63,661 nt of DNA from an uncultured Oscillospiraceae bacterium (GTDB taxonomy: Bacteria > Bacillota > Clostridia > Oscillospirales > Oscillospiraceae), in contig CANQSD010000001.1 in NCBI GenBank assembly GCA_947626385.1, forward strand, positions 1-63,661, written 5' to 3'. How positions within the stretch are numbered: the stretch's first letter is position 1; each line of letters opens with the position of its first letter. Below, piece after piece: positions 1 to 8,517 of this stretch. The translations under genes were made by a program, and so were the position numbers. The notes under the pieces are model-generated. The model ran no database searches. It was given only the letters and a program-made list of their open reading frames with translations, and was not told the origin of the DNA.

Positions 1-77
1 CGGGGTGTGGCGAAGTTTGGTATCGCGCATGGTTCGGGACCATGAGGCCGCGGGTTCAAGTCCCGCCACTCCGACCA
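1..77 (+). tRNA. tRNA-Pro (anticodon CGG)
   Basis: Cloverleaf folded by hand: acceptor CGGGGTG/CACTCCG (one G-U), D stem GCGA/TCGC, anticodon stem CATGG/CCATG with loop TTCGGGA (CGG, G37), 5-nt variable loop, T stem GCGGG/CCCGC with loop TTCAAGT, discriminator A and encoded CCA. Total 77 nt. Confidence 0.9.
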
Positions 78-85
78 AAGCTGGC

Positions 86-290
86 TTTGAAGGCCGCGCT
101 GCGGCCTTCAAATGCCAAGGGGGAAACGTGCGGAAGACCTCCGTGAAAAGCCTGCGGGCTTTTCACGGAGGTCTTCCTGCTGTCACGGTTCGCGCACTGC
201 GACTCGCCAAGAGCCGCCCTTCGGGCGGTTGCTCGCTTGCATGGCGCCTGCGGGCGCTCATCGCTTCGCTCGCACACTCACCGTGACAAA
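86..290. repeat. Cluster of GC-rich perfect hairpins (REP-like), including a 21-bp perfect palindrome at 132-177
   Basis: Stems read directly: 86-112 (12 bp), 132-177 (21 bp, loop TGCG), 212-230, 243-258. None has a trailing T-run. Mirror-image peptides appear on both strands in the ORF track. Confidence 0.6.
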
Positions 291-341
291 AGGTATTTTT
301 CCCGACGTACATGCCGCCGGGAAAAATGATCGATAAGGGGT

Positions 342-370
342 TTGACAACGGGGCAGTGTGAGGCTATAAT
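342..370 (+). promoter_or_regulatory. Sigma-A type promoter for feoAB
   Basis: TTGACA (342-347), 17-nt spacer, TATAAT (365-370). Both hexamers are consensus, about 37 nt upstream of the feoAB ATG. Confidence 0.55.
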
Positions 371-406
371 CGGGGGCGGAAGATTTCGCGATTGCGGAGG
401 CGTGAT

Positions 407-2743
407 ATGACCCTGAAGGAACTGAAAATTGGGGAGAGCGGGAGGATCGACGGCGTGGGGGGCGGGGGCGCCCTGCGGCAGCACTTTCTGGATATGGGCG
501 TCATCCCCGGCGCGGAGGTGACGGTGGTGAAGTTCGCCCCCATGGGCGACCCGGTGGAGGTCCGCATCCACGGCTACGAGCTCACCCTGCGCCTGGACGA
601 CGCCGCCAGGATCGACGTCACCAGGATCGACGCCGCCGAGGCCGAGACGGCCGCCGCTCCCCGCCGGCCCGTGGCGCACCCGCACCTGGGCGAGCCCGGC
701 GTCCACCACGTGAAGGGGGAGACGGAGCCCCTCCCGGAGGACCACGTCCTCACCTTCGCCCTGGTGGGCAATCAGAATTGCGGCAAGACAACCCTCTTCA
801 ACCGCCTCACCGGCGCGAATCAGCACGTGGGCAACTTCCCCGGCGTCACCGTGGACCGCAAGAGCGGCGCGATCCTGGGCCACCCCAATACGTCCATCAC
901 GGACCTGCCGGGCATCTATTCCATGTCGCCCTACTCCGCCGAGGAGCTGGTCAGCCGCGCCTTCGTGCTGGACGAAAAGCCCGACGCGATCATCAACATC
1001 GTGGACGCCACGAACATCGAGCGCAACCTGTACCTCACCATGCAGCTATTGGAGATGGAGCGGCCCATGGTGGTGGCCCTCAACATGATGGACGAGCTCA
1101 CCGGCAACGGCGGCTTCATCAGCGTCAACGCCATGGAGGCCATGCTGGGCGTCCCGGTGGTGCCCATCTCCGCGGCGAAGAACGAGGGCGTGGACGAGCT
1201 TGTCACCCACGCCATACACATCGCCCGCTACCAGGAAAAGCCCCTGAAGGTGGATTTCTGCGCCAGGGACGCCGCCGGCGGCGCCGTCCACCGGTGCCTC
1301 CACGCCGCCGTACACCTCATCGAGGACCACGCGGAGGCCGCCGGGATGCCCGTGCGCTTCGCCGCCGCCAAGGCCATCGAGGGGGAGAGCCTCACCATCG
1401 AGCGCCTGAAGCTGGACCAGAACGAGAAGGACCTCTTAGAGCACATCACCGTCCAGATGGAGACGGAGCGGGGCTTAGATCGCAGCGCGGCTATCGCGGA
1501 TATGCGCTTTAACTTCATCAACAACGTCTGCCGGGACTGCGTCCGCAAGCCCCGTGAGACGAAGGAGCACGCCCGCAGCGCCAAAATCGACCGGGTGCTC
1601 ACCGGCAAATATACCGCTATCCCGGTCTTCGTGGCTATCATGGCGCTGGTGTTTTACCTCACCTTCAACGTCATCGGCGCGTTCTTCCAGGACCTCCTGG
1701 AGCGTGGCATCGACGCCCTCACGGTCCTCGTGGACAACGCCATGGCCTCCGCCCACGTCAACCCCGTCCTCCGGGATCTGGTGGTGGGCGGCATCTTCGA
1801 GGGCGTGGGGTCGGTGCTGAGCTTCATGCCCATCGTGGTCACCATGTTCCTCTTCCTGTCCCTGCTGGAGGATTCGGGCTACATAGCGCGGGTGGCGTTC
1901 TTCATGGACAAGCTCCTGCGCAAGCTGGGCCTTTCCGGGCGGAGCATCGTGCCCATGCTCATCGGCTTCGGCTGTACCGTCCCCGCCGTCATGGCTACCC
2001 GGACCCTCCCCAGTGAGCGGGACCGGCGCATGACCATCCTGCTCACGCCCTTCATGAGCTGCACGGCCAAGCTGCCCATCTACGCTTTCTTCGTCAGCGC
2101 CTTCTTCCCCGGCAAGGGCGGGTTCATCATGACGGGGCTGTATTTGCTGGGCATCCTTATGGGCATCGCCCTGGCGTTTCTCTATAAAAAGGTCCTCTTC
2201 AAGGGTGAGGCCGTGCCCTTCGTCATGGAGCTGCCCAACTACCGCCTCCCCAGCGTCCGCACCACGGCGCAGCTGGTGTGGGAGAAGGCCAAGGACTTTC
2301 TCCAGCGCGCCTTCTCCATCATTCTCATCGCCTCCGTGGTGGTCTGGTTCCTCCAGAGCTTTGATTTGCGCTTCAACCTGGTGGAGGACTCCTCCAAGAG
2401 CATCATGGCCCTGCTGGCCGGCGCCATCGCCCCCATTTTCAAGCCCCTGGGCCTGGGGGACTGGCGCATCTGCACCTCCCTCATCAGCGGCTTCATGGCC
2501 AAGGAGAGCGTGGTCTCCGTGATGGAGGTCCTCTTCGGCGGCGGCGTCACCACCGCCCTCAGCTCCGTCTCCGCCGGCGCCCTCCTGGTCTTCAGCCTCC
2601 TCTACACCCCCTGCATAGCCTCCATCGCCGCCATCCGCCGCGAAATGGGCGCCAAATGGGCCGCCGGCGTGGTCCTCTGGCAATGCGTCCTGGCCTACCT
2701 CGCCGCGCTGATTACGAGAGCGGTGCTGATATTGGTGATGTAA
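407..2743 (+). CDS. feoB: Ferrous iron transporter, FeoA-FeoB fusion
   Basis: N-terminal FeoA-like domain (MTLKELKIGESGRI...VEVRIHGYELTLR), then the FeoB G-domain (GNQNCGKTTLFN, DLPGIYS) and a polytopic permease. GGAGG lies upstream of ATG 407, so ATG 392 in the track is probably not the start. Confidence 0.9.
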   Translation: MTLKELKIGESGRIDGVGGGGALRQHFLDMGVIPGAEVTVVKFAPMGDPVEVRIHGYELTLRLDDAARIDVTRIDAAEAETAAAPRRPVAHPHLGEPGVHHVKGETEPLPEDHVLTFALVGNQNCGKTTLFNRLTGANQHVGNFPGVTVDRKSGAILGHPNTSITDLPGIYSMSPYSAEELVSRAFVLDEKPDAIINIVDATNIERNLYLTMQLLEMERPMVVALNMMDELTGNGGFISVNAMEAMLGVPVVPISAAKNEGVDELVTHAIHIARYQEKPLKVDFCARDAAGGAVHRCLHAAVHLIEDHAEAAGMPVRFAAAKAIEGESLTIERLKLDQNEKDLLEHITVQMETERGLDRSAAIADMRFNFINNVCRDCVRKPRETKEHARSAKIDRVLTGKYTAIPVFVAIMALVFYLTFNVIGAFFQDLLERGIDALTVLVDNAMASAHVNPVLRDLVVGGIFEGVGSVLSFMPIVVTMFLFLSLLEDSGYIARVAFFMDKLLRKLGLSGRSIVPMLIGFGCTVPAVMATRTLPSERDRRMTILLTPFMSCTAKLPIYAFFVSAFFPGKGGFIMTGLYLLGILMGIALAFLYKKVLFKGEAVPFVMELPNYRLPSVRTTAQLVWEKAKDFLQRAFSIILIASVVVWFLQSFDLRFNLVEDSSKSIMALLAGAIAPIFKPLGLGDWRICTSLISGFMAKESVVSVMEVLFGGGVTTALSSVSAGALLVFSLLYTPCIASIAAIRREMGAKWAAGVVLWQCVLAYLAALITRAVLILVM

Positions 2744-2749
2744 GGAGCC

Positions 2750-3443
2750 GCAGCAGCAAACCTCCCCCGTGGGGGAGGTGGCGCGAAGCGCCGGAAGGGC
2801 GGCGGCGAAAGGTTTGCGGCTTCGCCGCATTCTTTGATTCCCACCCGCCCGCCCCCGCCGCCGCGTCACCACCCCAGCCGCTTCGCGGCTGTCCCCGACC
2901 TAGGAGGGGCTAACGTGTCGGGGACGGGTGCGTTTTGTCGGAACCGCTCAGTTTCGCAACGCTCGCTGCCCCCCTGCCCCCTCCTACGAGGAGGGGGCCC
3001 TGAGACGGAGGCGGGTGCGTTTTTTCGGGACCATTCCGTTATCGCAACCTCTCTTGCCCCTCCTAGGTCGGGATGGCGCGAAGCGCCGGGGTGGTGCTGC
3101 AATCCCAATTATCGAAACCCCCAGTTACGCTCAACGGGCTCGAATACCCCGCCGCTGCGGCGGCACCCCTCTTCCCCGAAGAGGGGTCAAGGGAATAAGG
3201 ATGCGGCGCTTCGCGCCGCGTTTTTTAAAAATTGCGCCGCATAGCGGCGCAAACCTTTTTGACCCCCTTTGGGGCAAAGGGGGTAGGGGAATTCGAGCCC
3301 CCGTCCTTCGTCCCCCGTCCCCGCCGCGCGGACAAATCAAAACTGCGGCGAAGCCGCAACCTTTTAAGCCCCCTCCTCGTAGGAGGGGGGCAGGGGGGTA
3401 GCGAAGGTTGGATGACAGAGCGGCATGAGTTAACGCCCCTCTT
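2750..3443. repeat. Non-coding array of at least 12 GC-rich hairpins with nested copies of a repeat unit also found at 20196-20395
   Basis: Hairpins at 2761-2778, 2780-2792, 2815-2829, 2976-2998 (10 bp), 3075-3088, 3203-3220, 3233-3251, 3344-3358, 3369-3392 and others. 16-nt inverted repeat 2894-2909/3057-3072. The reverse complement of 3344-3423 matches 20250-20331 with 2 substitutions and 2 single-nt indels. Confidence 0.7.
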
Positions 3444-3487
3444 ACAAAAAACACACCCACCCGCCGGTATCCTTGGCAGGTGGGTGT
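3444..3487 (-). terminator. Rho-independent terminator of the carboxypeptidase gene
   Basis: On the minus strand, stem ACACCCACC/GGTGGGTGT (9 bp) is followed by GTTTTTTGT. It starts 19 nt after the stop at 3506. Confidence 0.6.
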
Positions 3488-3505
3488 TCGTTTGACCTTG
3501 CGTCC

Positions 3506-4972
3506 TTATCTCTTCCTCGTCTCCTGCATCTCCCGGGCGTGTCTTGCTTCGATCTCCTCGAAGGACTTGCCGGTGCTGGGCTCCTGGGAGCGCTGGTACT
3601 CCTCCACGCGGCGGCGGGCCAGCTCGTGGGCCACGCGGCGCTTGTTGTAGCGGCGGAGGTTATAGTAGACGATGAAGGCCACGTAGAGGATGAGCATGAT
3701 GGCGAAAAGCGTGATGCCCAGCCGCACGTACTTGTTGGAGAGGGTGGACCGAATCTCCGTCATCATGTAGGCACCGCGGTCCAGCTCCACCTTGTAGTTG
3801 GCCACCAGATTGACGGTGCCGTAGTCCACGCCGTTGAAGCTGACGGACACCTCACCCAGGATCTGGCCCTGGTCCACGGGGGCGGTGAGGTCGGTGGTGA
3901 AGACCCGGCGGTCCAGCTCCACCTGGGAGAGGTCCGCGTCGTTGGGCAGGAGGGCGCTGACGGTCCGCTCGGGGCGGAGGGTGACGGAGGAGGAGCCCCG
4001 GCCCAGGGCCACGGGGATCTCCGCCAGAGGCGTGGTGGAGAGGATCTTCTGATAGCTGAAGTTGTTAAAGCCCCACTCCAGAAGCCGCTTCGACTCCGTA
4101 AAGCTGGTGGGCACCGTGCGGCCGCTGTCCAGAACGGCGGACTCCCCGCCCAGCACCACGCTCACCAGCTGCCGGCCGTCCTTGGCGGCGTAGGCGATGA
4201 GGCAGTACCCGGCGGCGCTGGTGTGGCCGGTCTTCATCCCGGCGGCGTACTCGTAATACTCGGGGCTCGAGGGCTGGATGAGGTTGTTGGTGTTCTTGAG
4301 GACCCGCTCGTCGGACATATTCGTGGCGGGGACGGTGTAGGTGGGGGTGGAGACGATGCGCTTTAAAAGGTTGTGCTTCAGCGCCTCCTCCGCGATCTTG
4401 CACAGGTCCTCGGCGGTGGAGTAGTGGTTGTCGTCCGGCATCCCGTGGGTGTTGGCGAAGTGCGTGCCCGTGCATCCCAGCTCCGCCGCGCGGGTGTTCA
4501 TCCGCTCCACAAAGGCGGGCACGTCCCCGGCCAGGACCTGGGCCAGGACGTTGCAGCCCTCGTTGGCGGAGGGGAGGAGGCAGCAGTAGAGAAGCTGCTC
4601 GAACGTGAGCTCCTCGCCGGTCTTGATGCCGGCGCTGCTGCCGTCGGGCGTGATGTCGAAATAGGGGTCGCCGGTGACGGTGATCTTGTCGGAAAGGCCG
4701 ATCTCGCCGTTCTCATACGCCTCCACGGCCAGAAGGACGGTCATGATCTTCGTTAGGCTCGCCGGTGCCCGGCGTTCCGTGGGATTTTTGGAGTAGAGCA
4801 CCTGCCGGGCGTCCAGATCCCAGAGGTACGCGGCGGCAGTGGTGATGGCCGGGTCCTCAATGGCCCCGGCCTTCGGAGTGAGGACGGGGAGGGACGAGAC
4901 GAGAAAAAGAGCCAGGACCAGCGCCAGGGCAAAGAGCTTTTTGACGGATGAGGTTTTTGATTCAGCTTTCAT
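3506..4972 (-). CDS. Serine-type D-alanyl-D-alanine carboxypeptidase (PBP5/S11 family) with C-terminal membrane anchor
   Basis: Signal peptide MKAESKTSSVKKLFALALVLALFLV, SxxK motif PASLTKIMT, S11-type core and a C-terminal TM helix. ATG 4972 fits the signal peptide better than the track start at 5050. Confidence 0.85.
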   Translation of the reverse strand: MKAESKTSSVKKLFALALVLALFLVSSLPVLTPKAGAIEDPAITTAAAYLWDLDARQVLYSKNPTERRAPASLTKIMTVLLAVEAYENGEIGLSDKITVTGDPYFDITPDGSSAGIKTGEELTFEQLLYCCLLPSANEGCNVLAQVLAGDVPAFVERMNTRAAELGCTGTHFANTHGMPDDNHYSTAEDLCKIAEEALKHNLLKRIVSTPTYTVPATNMSDERVLKNTNNLIQPSSPEYYEYAAGMKTGHTSAAGYCLIAYAAKDGRQLVSVVLGGESAVLDSGRTVPTSFTESKRLLEWGFNNFSYQKILSTTPLAEIPVALGRGSSSVTLRPERTVSALLPNDADLSQVELDRRVFTTDLTAPVDQGQILGEVSVSFNGVDYGTVNLVANYKVELDRGAYMMTEIRSTLSNKYVRLGITLFAIMLILYVAFIVYYNLRRYNKRRVAHELARRRVEEYQRSQEPSTGKSFEEIEARHAREMQETRKR

Positions 4973-5136
4973 AGAAAAACTCCAAAGAAATGTTGGACAA
5001 AGTCCGAAAGATATAGTATGATAAGAGGTGGGGCGAAAAGACGCGCCCAAGACCTGATACCTATATCATATATTTTTTTCGCCGCAAAATCAATAAGGAA
5101 AGTCGAATTTGTGGGAAAAATCAAAGCTGGTAAGTT

Positions 5137-5484
5137 ATGAAGCTGAAAAAACCGGAGCTTTTCCTGTTGGCCCTGGCCGTCGCGGCGGTCTTTTTCACCG
5201 CCGGGTACTTCTCCGGCCGGAGCCGGGCGGGGGACGTGAACGTCACCGTGTCCCAAAGCCCCTCCGCCCCCGTATCCGGGGACGCCGGGGCGGCCCGCAT
5301 CGACCTCAACACCGCCACCCGCTGGGAGCTCATGAGCCTTCCGGGGGTGGGGGAGACCTTCGCGGACAGGATCATCGCTTACAGAGAGGAGCACGGCGGT
5401 TTTCAGACCGTGGAGGAGCTCATGGAGGTCCGGGGGATCGGGGAGAGCCTTTTTGAGGACGTGAGGGACTACCTCACGGTCTGA
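5137..5484 (+). CDS. comEA: ComEA-family helix-hairpin-helix DNA-binding protein
   Basis: N-terminal TM helix followed by IDLNTAT..LMSLPGVGETFADRIIAYREEHGGFQTVEELMEVRGIGESLFE, the ComEA HhH signature. Confidence 0.75.
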   Translation: MKLKKPELFLLALAVAAVFFTAGYFSGRSRAGDVNVTVSQSPSAPVSGDAGAARIDLNTATRWELMSLPGVGETFADRIIAYREEHGGFQTVEELMEVRGIGESLFEDVRDYLTV

Positions 5485-5528
5485 CCGCCCGGAGGTCAGG
5501 AACGGAAAAGCGCGGGGAAGGAGGACCC

Positions 5529-6209
5529 ATGAAGATCTTAGTGGTAGACGACGAAAAGCTTCTGGTGCGGGGCATCAAATTCAATCTGGAGAACGAGGGC
5601 TACCAGGTGGAGGCGGCCTATGACGGCCAGGAGGGGCTGGAGCTGGCCCGCACCGGAAATTTCGACCTCATCATCCTGGACCTGATGATGCCGAAGATGT
5701 CCGGCCTTGAGGTGTGTATGCACATCCGGGAGTCCTCCCAGGTGCCCATCATCATGCTCACCGCCCGCACCGACGACATGGACAAGATCATCGGCTTTGA
5801 TTACGGCGCGGACGACTACGTCACCAAGCCCTTCAACATCCTGGAGCTCAAGGCCCGCATCCGCGCCCTGCTGCGCCGCGCCGCCCCCAAGGTCCAGGCC
5901 GAGAACAGCCCCCTCCTCACCGCCGGCCACATCTCCATCGACTGCGACAGGCGCGTGGCTTACAAAAACGGGGCCATTGTGGAGCTGACGGGCCGGGAAT
6001 TCGACGTCATCGAGCTTCTCATGAAAAACCCCGGCCGGGTCTACAGCCGGGAGAACCTTTTGAACATCATCTGGGGCTTTGACTACCAGGGCGACATCCG
6101 CACCGTGGATGTCCACGTTCACCGCCTGCGCGACAAGCTGGAGACGAACCCCTCGGAGCCGGAGTACATCATCACGAAGTGGGGAGTGGGGTACTATTTC
6201 AAGGGCTGA
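5529..6209 (+). CDS. OmpR-family response regulator
   Basis: Receiver domain (VVDDE, DLIILDLMMPKMSG, K in YVTKPF) plus a winged-helix output domain (LTGREFDVIELL...TKWGVGYYF). Confidence 0.9.
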   Translation: MKILVVDDEKLLVRGIKFNLENEGYQVEAAYDGQEGLELARTGNFDLIILDLMMPKMSGLEVCMHIRESSQVPIIMLTARTDDMDKIIGFDYGADDYVTKPFNILELKARIRALLRRAAPKVQAENSPLLTAGHISIDCDRRVAYKNGAIVELTGREFDVIELLMKNPGRVYSRENLLNIIWGFDYQGDIRTVDVHVHRLRDKLETNPSEPEYIITKWGVGYYFKG

Positions 6210-7626
6210 CAAGGGCGGAAAACGGCGGGTCCTCAGTATCCGCGCCAAATATTTTCTCTCCCTCCTGCTCTTCACGGGCCTTGTGATCGCGGTGCTGAAC
6301 ACCTACCCCATGCGCATCTCCCGGAACCTCATCGTCTTCGCCAAGGAGGAGTCCATCCCGCCCTACGCCCAGCAGGTCGCGGAGCTTTTGGGGGAGCTTC
6401 CGGACCTGACGCCGGAGAGCGCGGGGCCGGCCCTGGAGCTCTGGGAGGCGGACGGCCTTTCCCGGGTGGTCATATTCGATCAAAATAAGGACGAGCTTCG
6501 CGCCGAGGGGGACGACACCCGCGGCTTTGACGAGCGCGTCCTTTTTTCCATGGCCGAAAGGGCCCTCTCCGAGGGGGAGACGGGCTTTCGCTCCGACCTT
6601 GCCGATGGGGCGTTTTTGACCTACGCCTGCGTCCCCGTGAAAAGCGGCGGGAAGACCGTGGCGGCGGTGGGCGTCTATGAGTATGACGACGCCGCCGGCG
6701 CGCTGGTCATGGGCATCCGGGACGACATGATGAAGGCGTCCATCGGCCTTGGCATCGCCGCCGTGGTGCTCAGCCTCTTCCTGTCCAAGACCCTCAGCGC
6801 CGGCCTCACCCGCGTCCTCACCGGCATCCGCAAGGTGCGGGAGGGGGACTACACCTTCCACGTGGAGGTCCGGAGCCGCGACGAGTTCGCCACGCTTGCG
6901 GAGGAGTTCAACACCCTCACCGAGCGGATGCAGCAGACGGAGGAGCGCCGCCGGCGCTTCGTCTCCGACGCCTCCCACGAGCTCAAAACGCCCCTCTCCG
7001 CCATCATGCTCCTGGCGGACACCATTCTGGAGAACGACAACATGGACGCCGAGACCATGCGGGAGTTCGTCACCGGCATCCGGGAGGAGGCCCAACGCCT
7101 GAGCCGCACCACCGCCCAGCTTCTGGACCTCACCAAGCTCGACCGCCCCGTGGAGGAAAAGCAGGTGGACGTGGACTGCGTCCGGGTGGCCAAGCGCGTC
7201 CTTTCCGCCCTGGAGCCTGTGGCGCGCAAGGCCGGCGTTACCGTCACCACTCACTTCGACGCCAACTGCCACGTCCTGGCCACGGAGGACGACCTTTTCC
7301 ACCTCCTCCACAACCTGGTGGACAACGCTGTCAAGTACAACACCAAGAACGGCCGCGTGGCCGTCTCGGTCCTCCGGGACGGGGAGAACGTGGTCATCAC
7401 CGTGGAGGACACCGGCGTCGGCATTCCGGAGGAGGACCTGCCCTACATCTTCGACCGCTTCTACCGGGTGGAGAAATCCCGCGACCGCGGCGAGGGCGGC
7501 ACGGGCCTGGGCCTCTCCATCGTCAAATCCACCGCCGACCGCCACAACGCCGACCTCTCCGTCCGCCCCGTCACCCCCCACGGCACCGCCTTCACCGTTA
7601 CCTTCCCCGGCACCATGCCGGAATAA
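6079..7626 (+). CDS. Sensor histidine kinase (TM-sensor-TM-HAMP-HisKA-HATPase); start codon uncertain
   Basis: H-box FVSDASHELKTPL, N-box NLVDNAVKYN, DTGVGIP, GGTGLGLSIV. There is no ATG/GTG/TTG in frame between 6109 and 6283 (see finding). Confidence 0.85.
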   Translation: MTTRATSAPWMSTFTACATSWRRTPRSRSTSSRSGEWGTISRADKGGKRRVLSIRAKYFLSLLLFTGLVIAVLNTYPMRISRNLIVFAKEESIPPYAQQVAELLGELPDLTPESAGPALELWEADGLSRVVIFDQNKDELRAEGDDTRGFDERVLFSMAERALSEGETGFRSDLADGAFLTYACVPVKSGGKTVAAVGVYEYDDAAGALVMGIRDDMMKASIGLGIAAVVLSLFLSKTLSAGLTRVLTGIRKVREGDYTFHVEVRSRDEFATLAEEFNTLTERMQQTEERRRRFVSDASHELKTPLSAIMLLADTILENDNMDAETMREFVTGIREEAQRLSRTTAQLLDLTKLDRPVEEKQVDVDCVRVAKRVLSALEPVARKAGVTVTTHFDANCHVLATEDDLFHLLHNLVDNAVKYNTKNGRVAVSVLRDGENVVITVEDTGVGIPEEDLPYIFDRFYRVEKSRDRGEGGTGLGLSIVKSTADRHNADLSVRPVTPHGTAFTVTFPGTMPE

Positions 7627-7728
7627 ACCTTTTGATGACCTCCGGCCCGCGCTGTGCGAGCCGGTTTTCGTACTAGCCATGCCTTGCCCTGCATAAACTT
7701 GTACCAAATTCCTTGAGGGGGTCCGGGT

Positions 7729-8517
7729 ATGGTGTATGAGGGGCGAAAACGCGGGAGAAGGGCGAAGAAGGGCGGGGGAGCGGTCTTTCGGGCGCTTTTG
7801 TGGGTACTGGCGCTCACGGTGGCCGCGGCGCTTTTGTTTCCCGGACCGGCGGCAAAGGTCCGGGACAGGCTGGGGCGCGCCATTGGCGTGGACATCGGCG
7901 GGGCCATGGAGGTCTTCAGCCGGGAGGCCAAGGCCAAAAACGTCTTTTCCGCCGCCAAGAGCGCCTTTCAGTACGTCTTTTCCGCCGAGGGCGGCGAGGG
8001 CGTGCCCGTCTCGGCGGAGGAGCCGGGACCGGCGGCCTCGGAACCGGACGCCACCGATGCCGCCCCCGTCGTGATCGACCCGGAGACCTTCAAGGACCTG
8101 CCTCTGCCCGCCCATGTGACGGCGGAGCGGCCCCGGGAGGACCTGGTGCTGGCCGGCCCCCTGCGTGGCAGCGTGGTCCGGGGCTTCGGCTACGGGGCGG
8201 ATGAGAACGGCGAGCCCGTCTTCCACTACGGCATTGACGTCCAAGGCGAGAGCCAAAGCCCCGTCCGGTGCGTGGCGGACGGGACCGTGACGGCGGTGGG
8301 GGAGAGCACCGTCTTCGGCACCTACGTCATCGTCAGCCACGATGACGGCGTGGAGTCCCTGTACGCCCTGTTGGGCGCGACGCCCTTAAAGGAGGGCGAC
8401 GCCCTGGCGGCGGGGGAGACCGTGGGGACCCTCTCCGGGGACACAGTCCACCTGGAGCTGCTGATAGACGGAAATTATGTTAACCCACAACATTATGTAT
8501 ACCGAGATGAGCCGTAA
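7729..8517 (+). CDS. LytM/M23-domain membrane protein, SpoIVFA-like (degenerate active site)
   Basis: Basic N-terminus and a TM helix, then a LytM domain with HxxxD (FHYGID). The second metal motif reads VHLELL instead of HxH. It lies directly upstream of, and overlaps, an M50 protease gene. Confidence 0.6.
   Translation: MVYEGRKRGRRAKKGGGAVFRALLWVLALTVAAALLFPGPAAKVRDRLGRAIGVDIGGAMEVFSREAKAKNVFSAAKSAFQYVFSAEGGEGVPVSAEEPGPAASEPDATDAAPVVIDPETFKDLPLPAHVTAERPREDLVLAGPLRGSVVRGFGYGADENGEPVFHYGIDVQGESQSPVRCVADGTVTAVGESTVFGTYVIVSHDDGVESLYALLGATPLKEGDALAAGETVGTLSGDTVHLELLIDGNYVNPQHYVYRDEP

Noticed and set aside
322-341. Possible Fur box (AAAAATGATCGATAAGG) overlapping the feoAB -35 region.
   Set aside because: It has only a partial half-site resemblance to the GATAATGATAATCATTATC-type consensus. 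That is too weak to call without a position-weight-matrix score.
1475-2872. 465-aa minus-strand ORF antisense to feoB. The same pattern is seen at 278-883, 6199-8340, 16132-18555, 21115-22245, 28050-29393, 30975-33578, 42962-44299, 45385-46665, 46457-47614, 49062-51221, 51426-53531, 55245-56159, 56044-57039, 58164-59207 and 62490-63539.
   Set aside because: Each lies antisense to, or out of frame with, a gene that has clear family motifs. Their translations are Gly/Arg/Pro/His/Asp-rich low-complexity strings typical of stop-poor alternative frames in high-GC DNA, and none has a plausible RBS or recognisable domain.
2750-3443. Considered whether the regularly recurring hairpins could be a CRISPR array.
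   Set aside because: The repeats differ in sequence, length and spacing, occur in both orientations, and have no unique spacers of constant size. No cas genes are in the window.
2834-3495. Several 80-157-aa ORFs on both strands inside the feoB/carboxypeptidase intergenic region.
   Set aside because: They are translations of the hairpin repeats (Pro/Arg/Gly-rich, with mirror-image peptides on the two strands). They have no RBS, and the same DNA recurs as non-coding repeat copies elsewhere.
4973-5050. N-terminal extensions of track ORFs. The same applies to 392-406, 9111-9146, 20400-20432, 23917-24114, 25616-25714, 30362-30559, 33363-33398, 33620-33661, 38301-38543, 39307-39369, 39562-39597, 44178-44258, 54868-54921 and 57135-57158.
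   Set aside because: Internal ATG or GTG codons with good Shine-Dalgarno spacing coincide with the start of the conserved domain or signal peptide. The extensions run through promoter or leader sequence or through the preceding gene.
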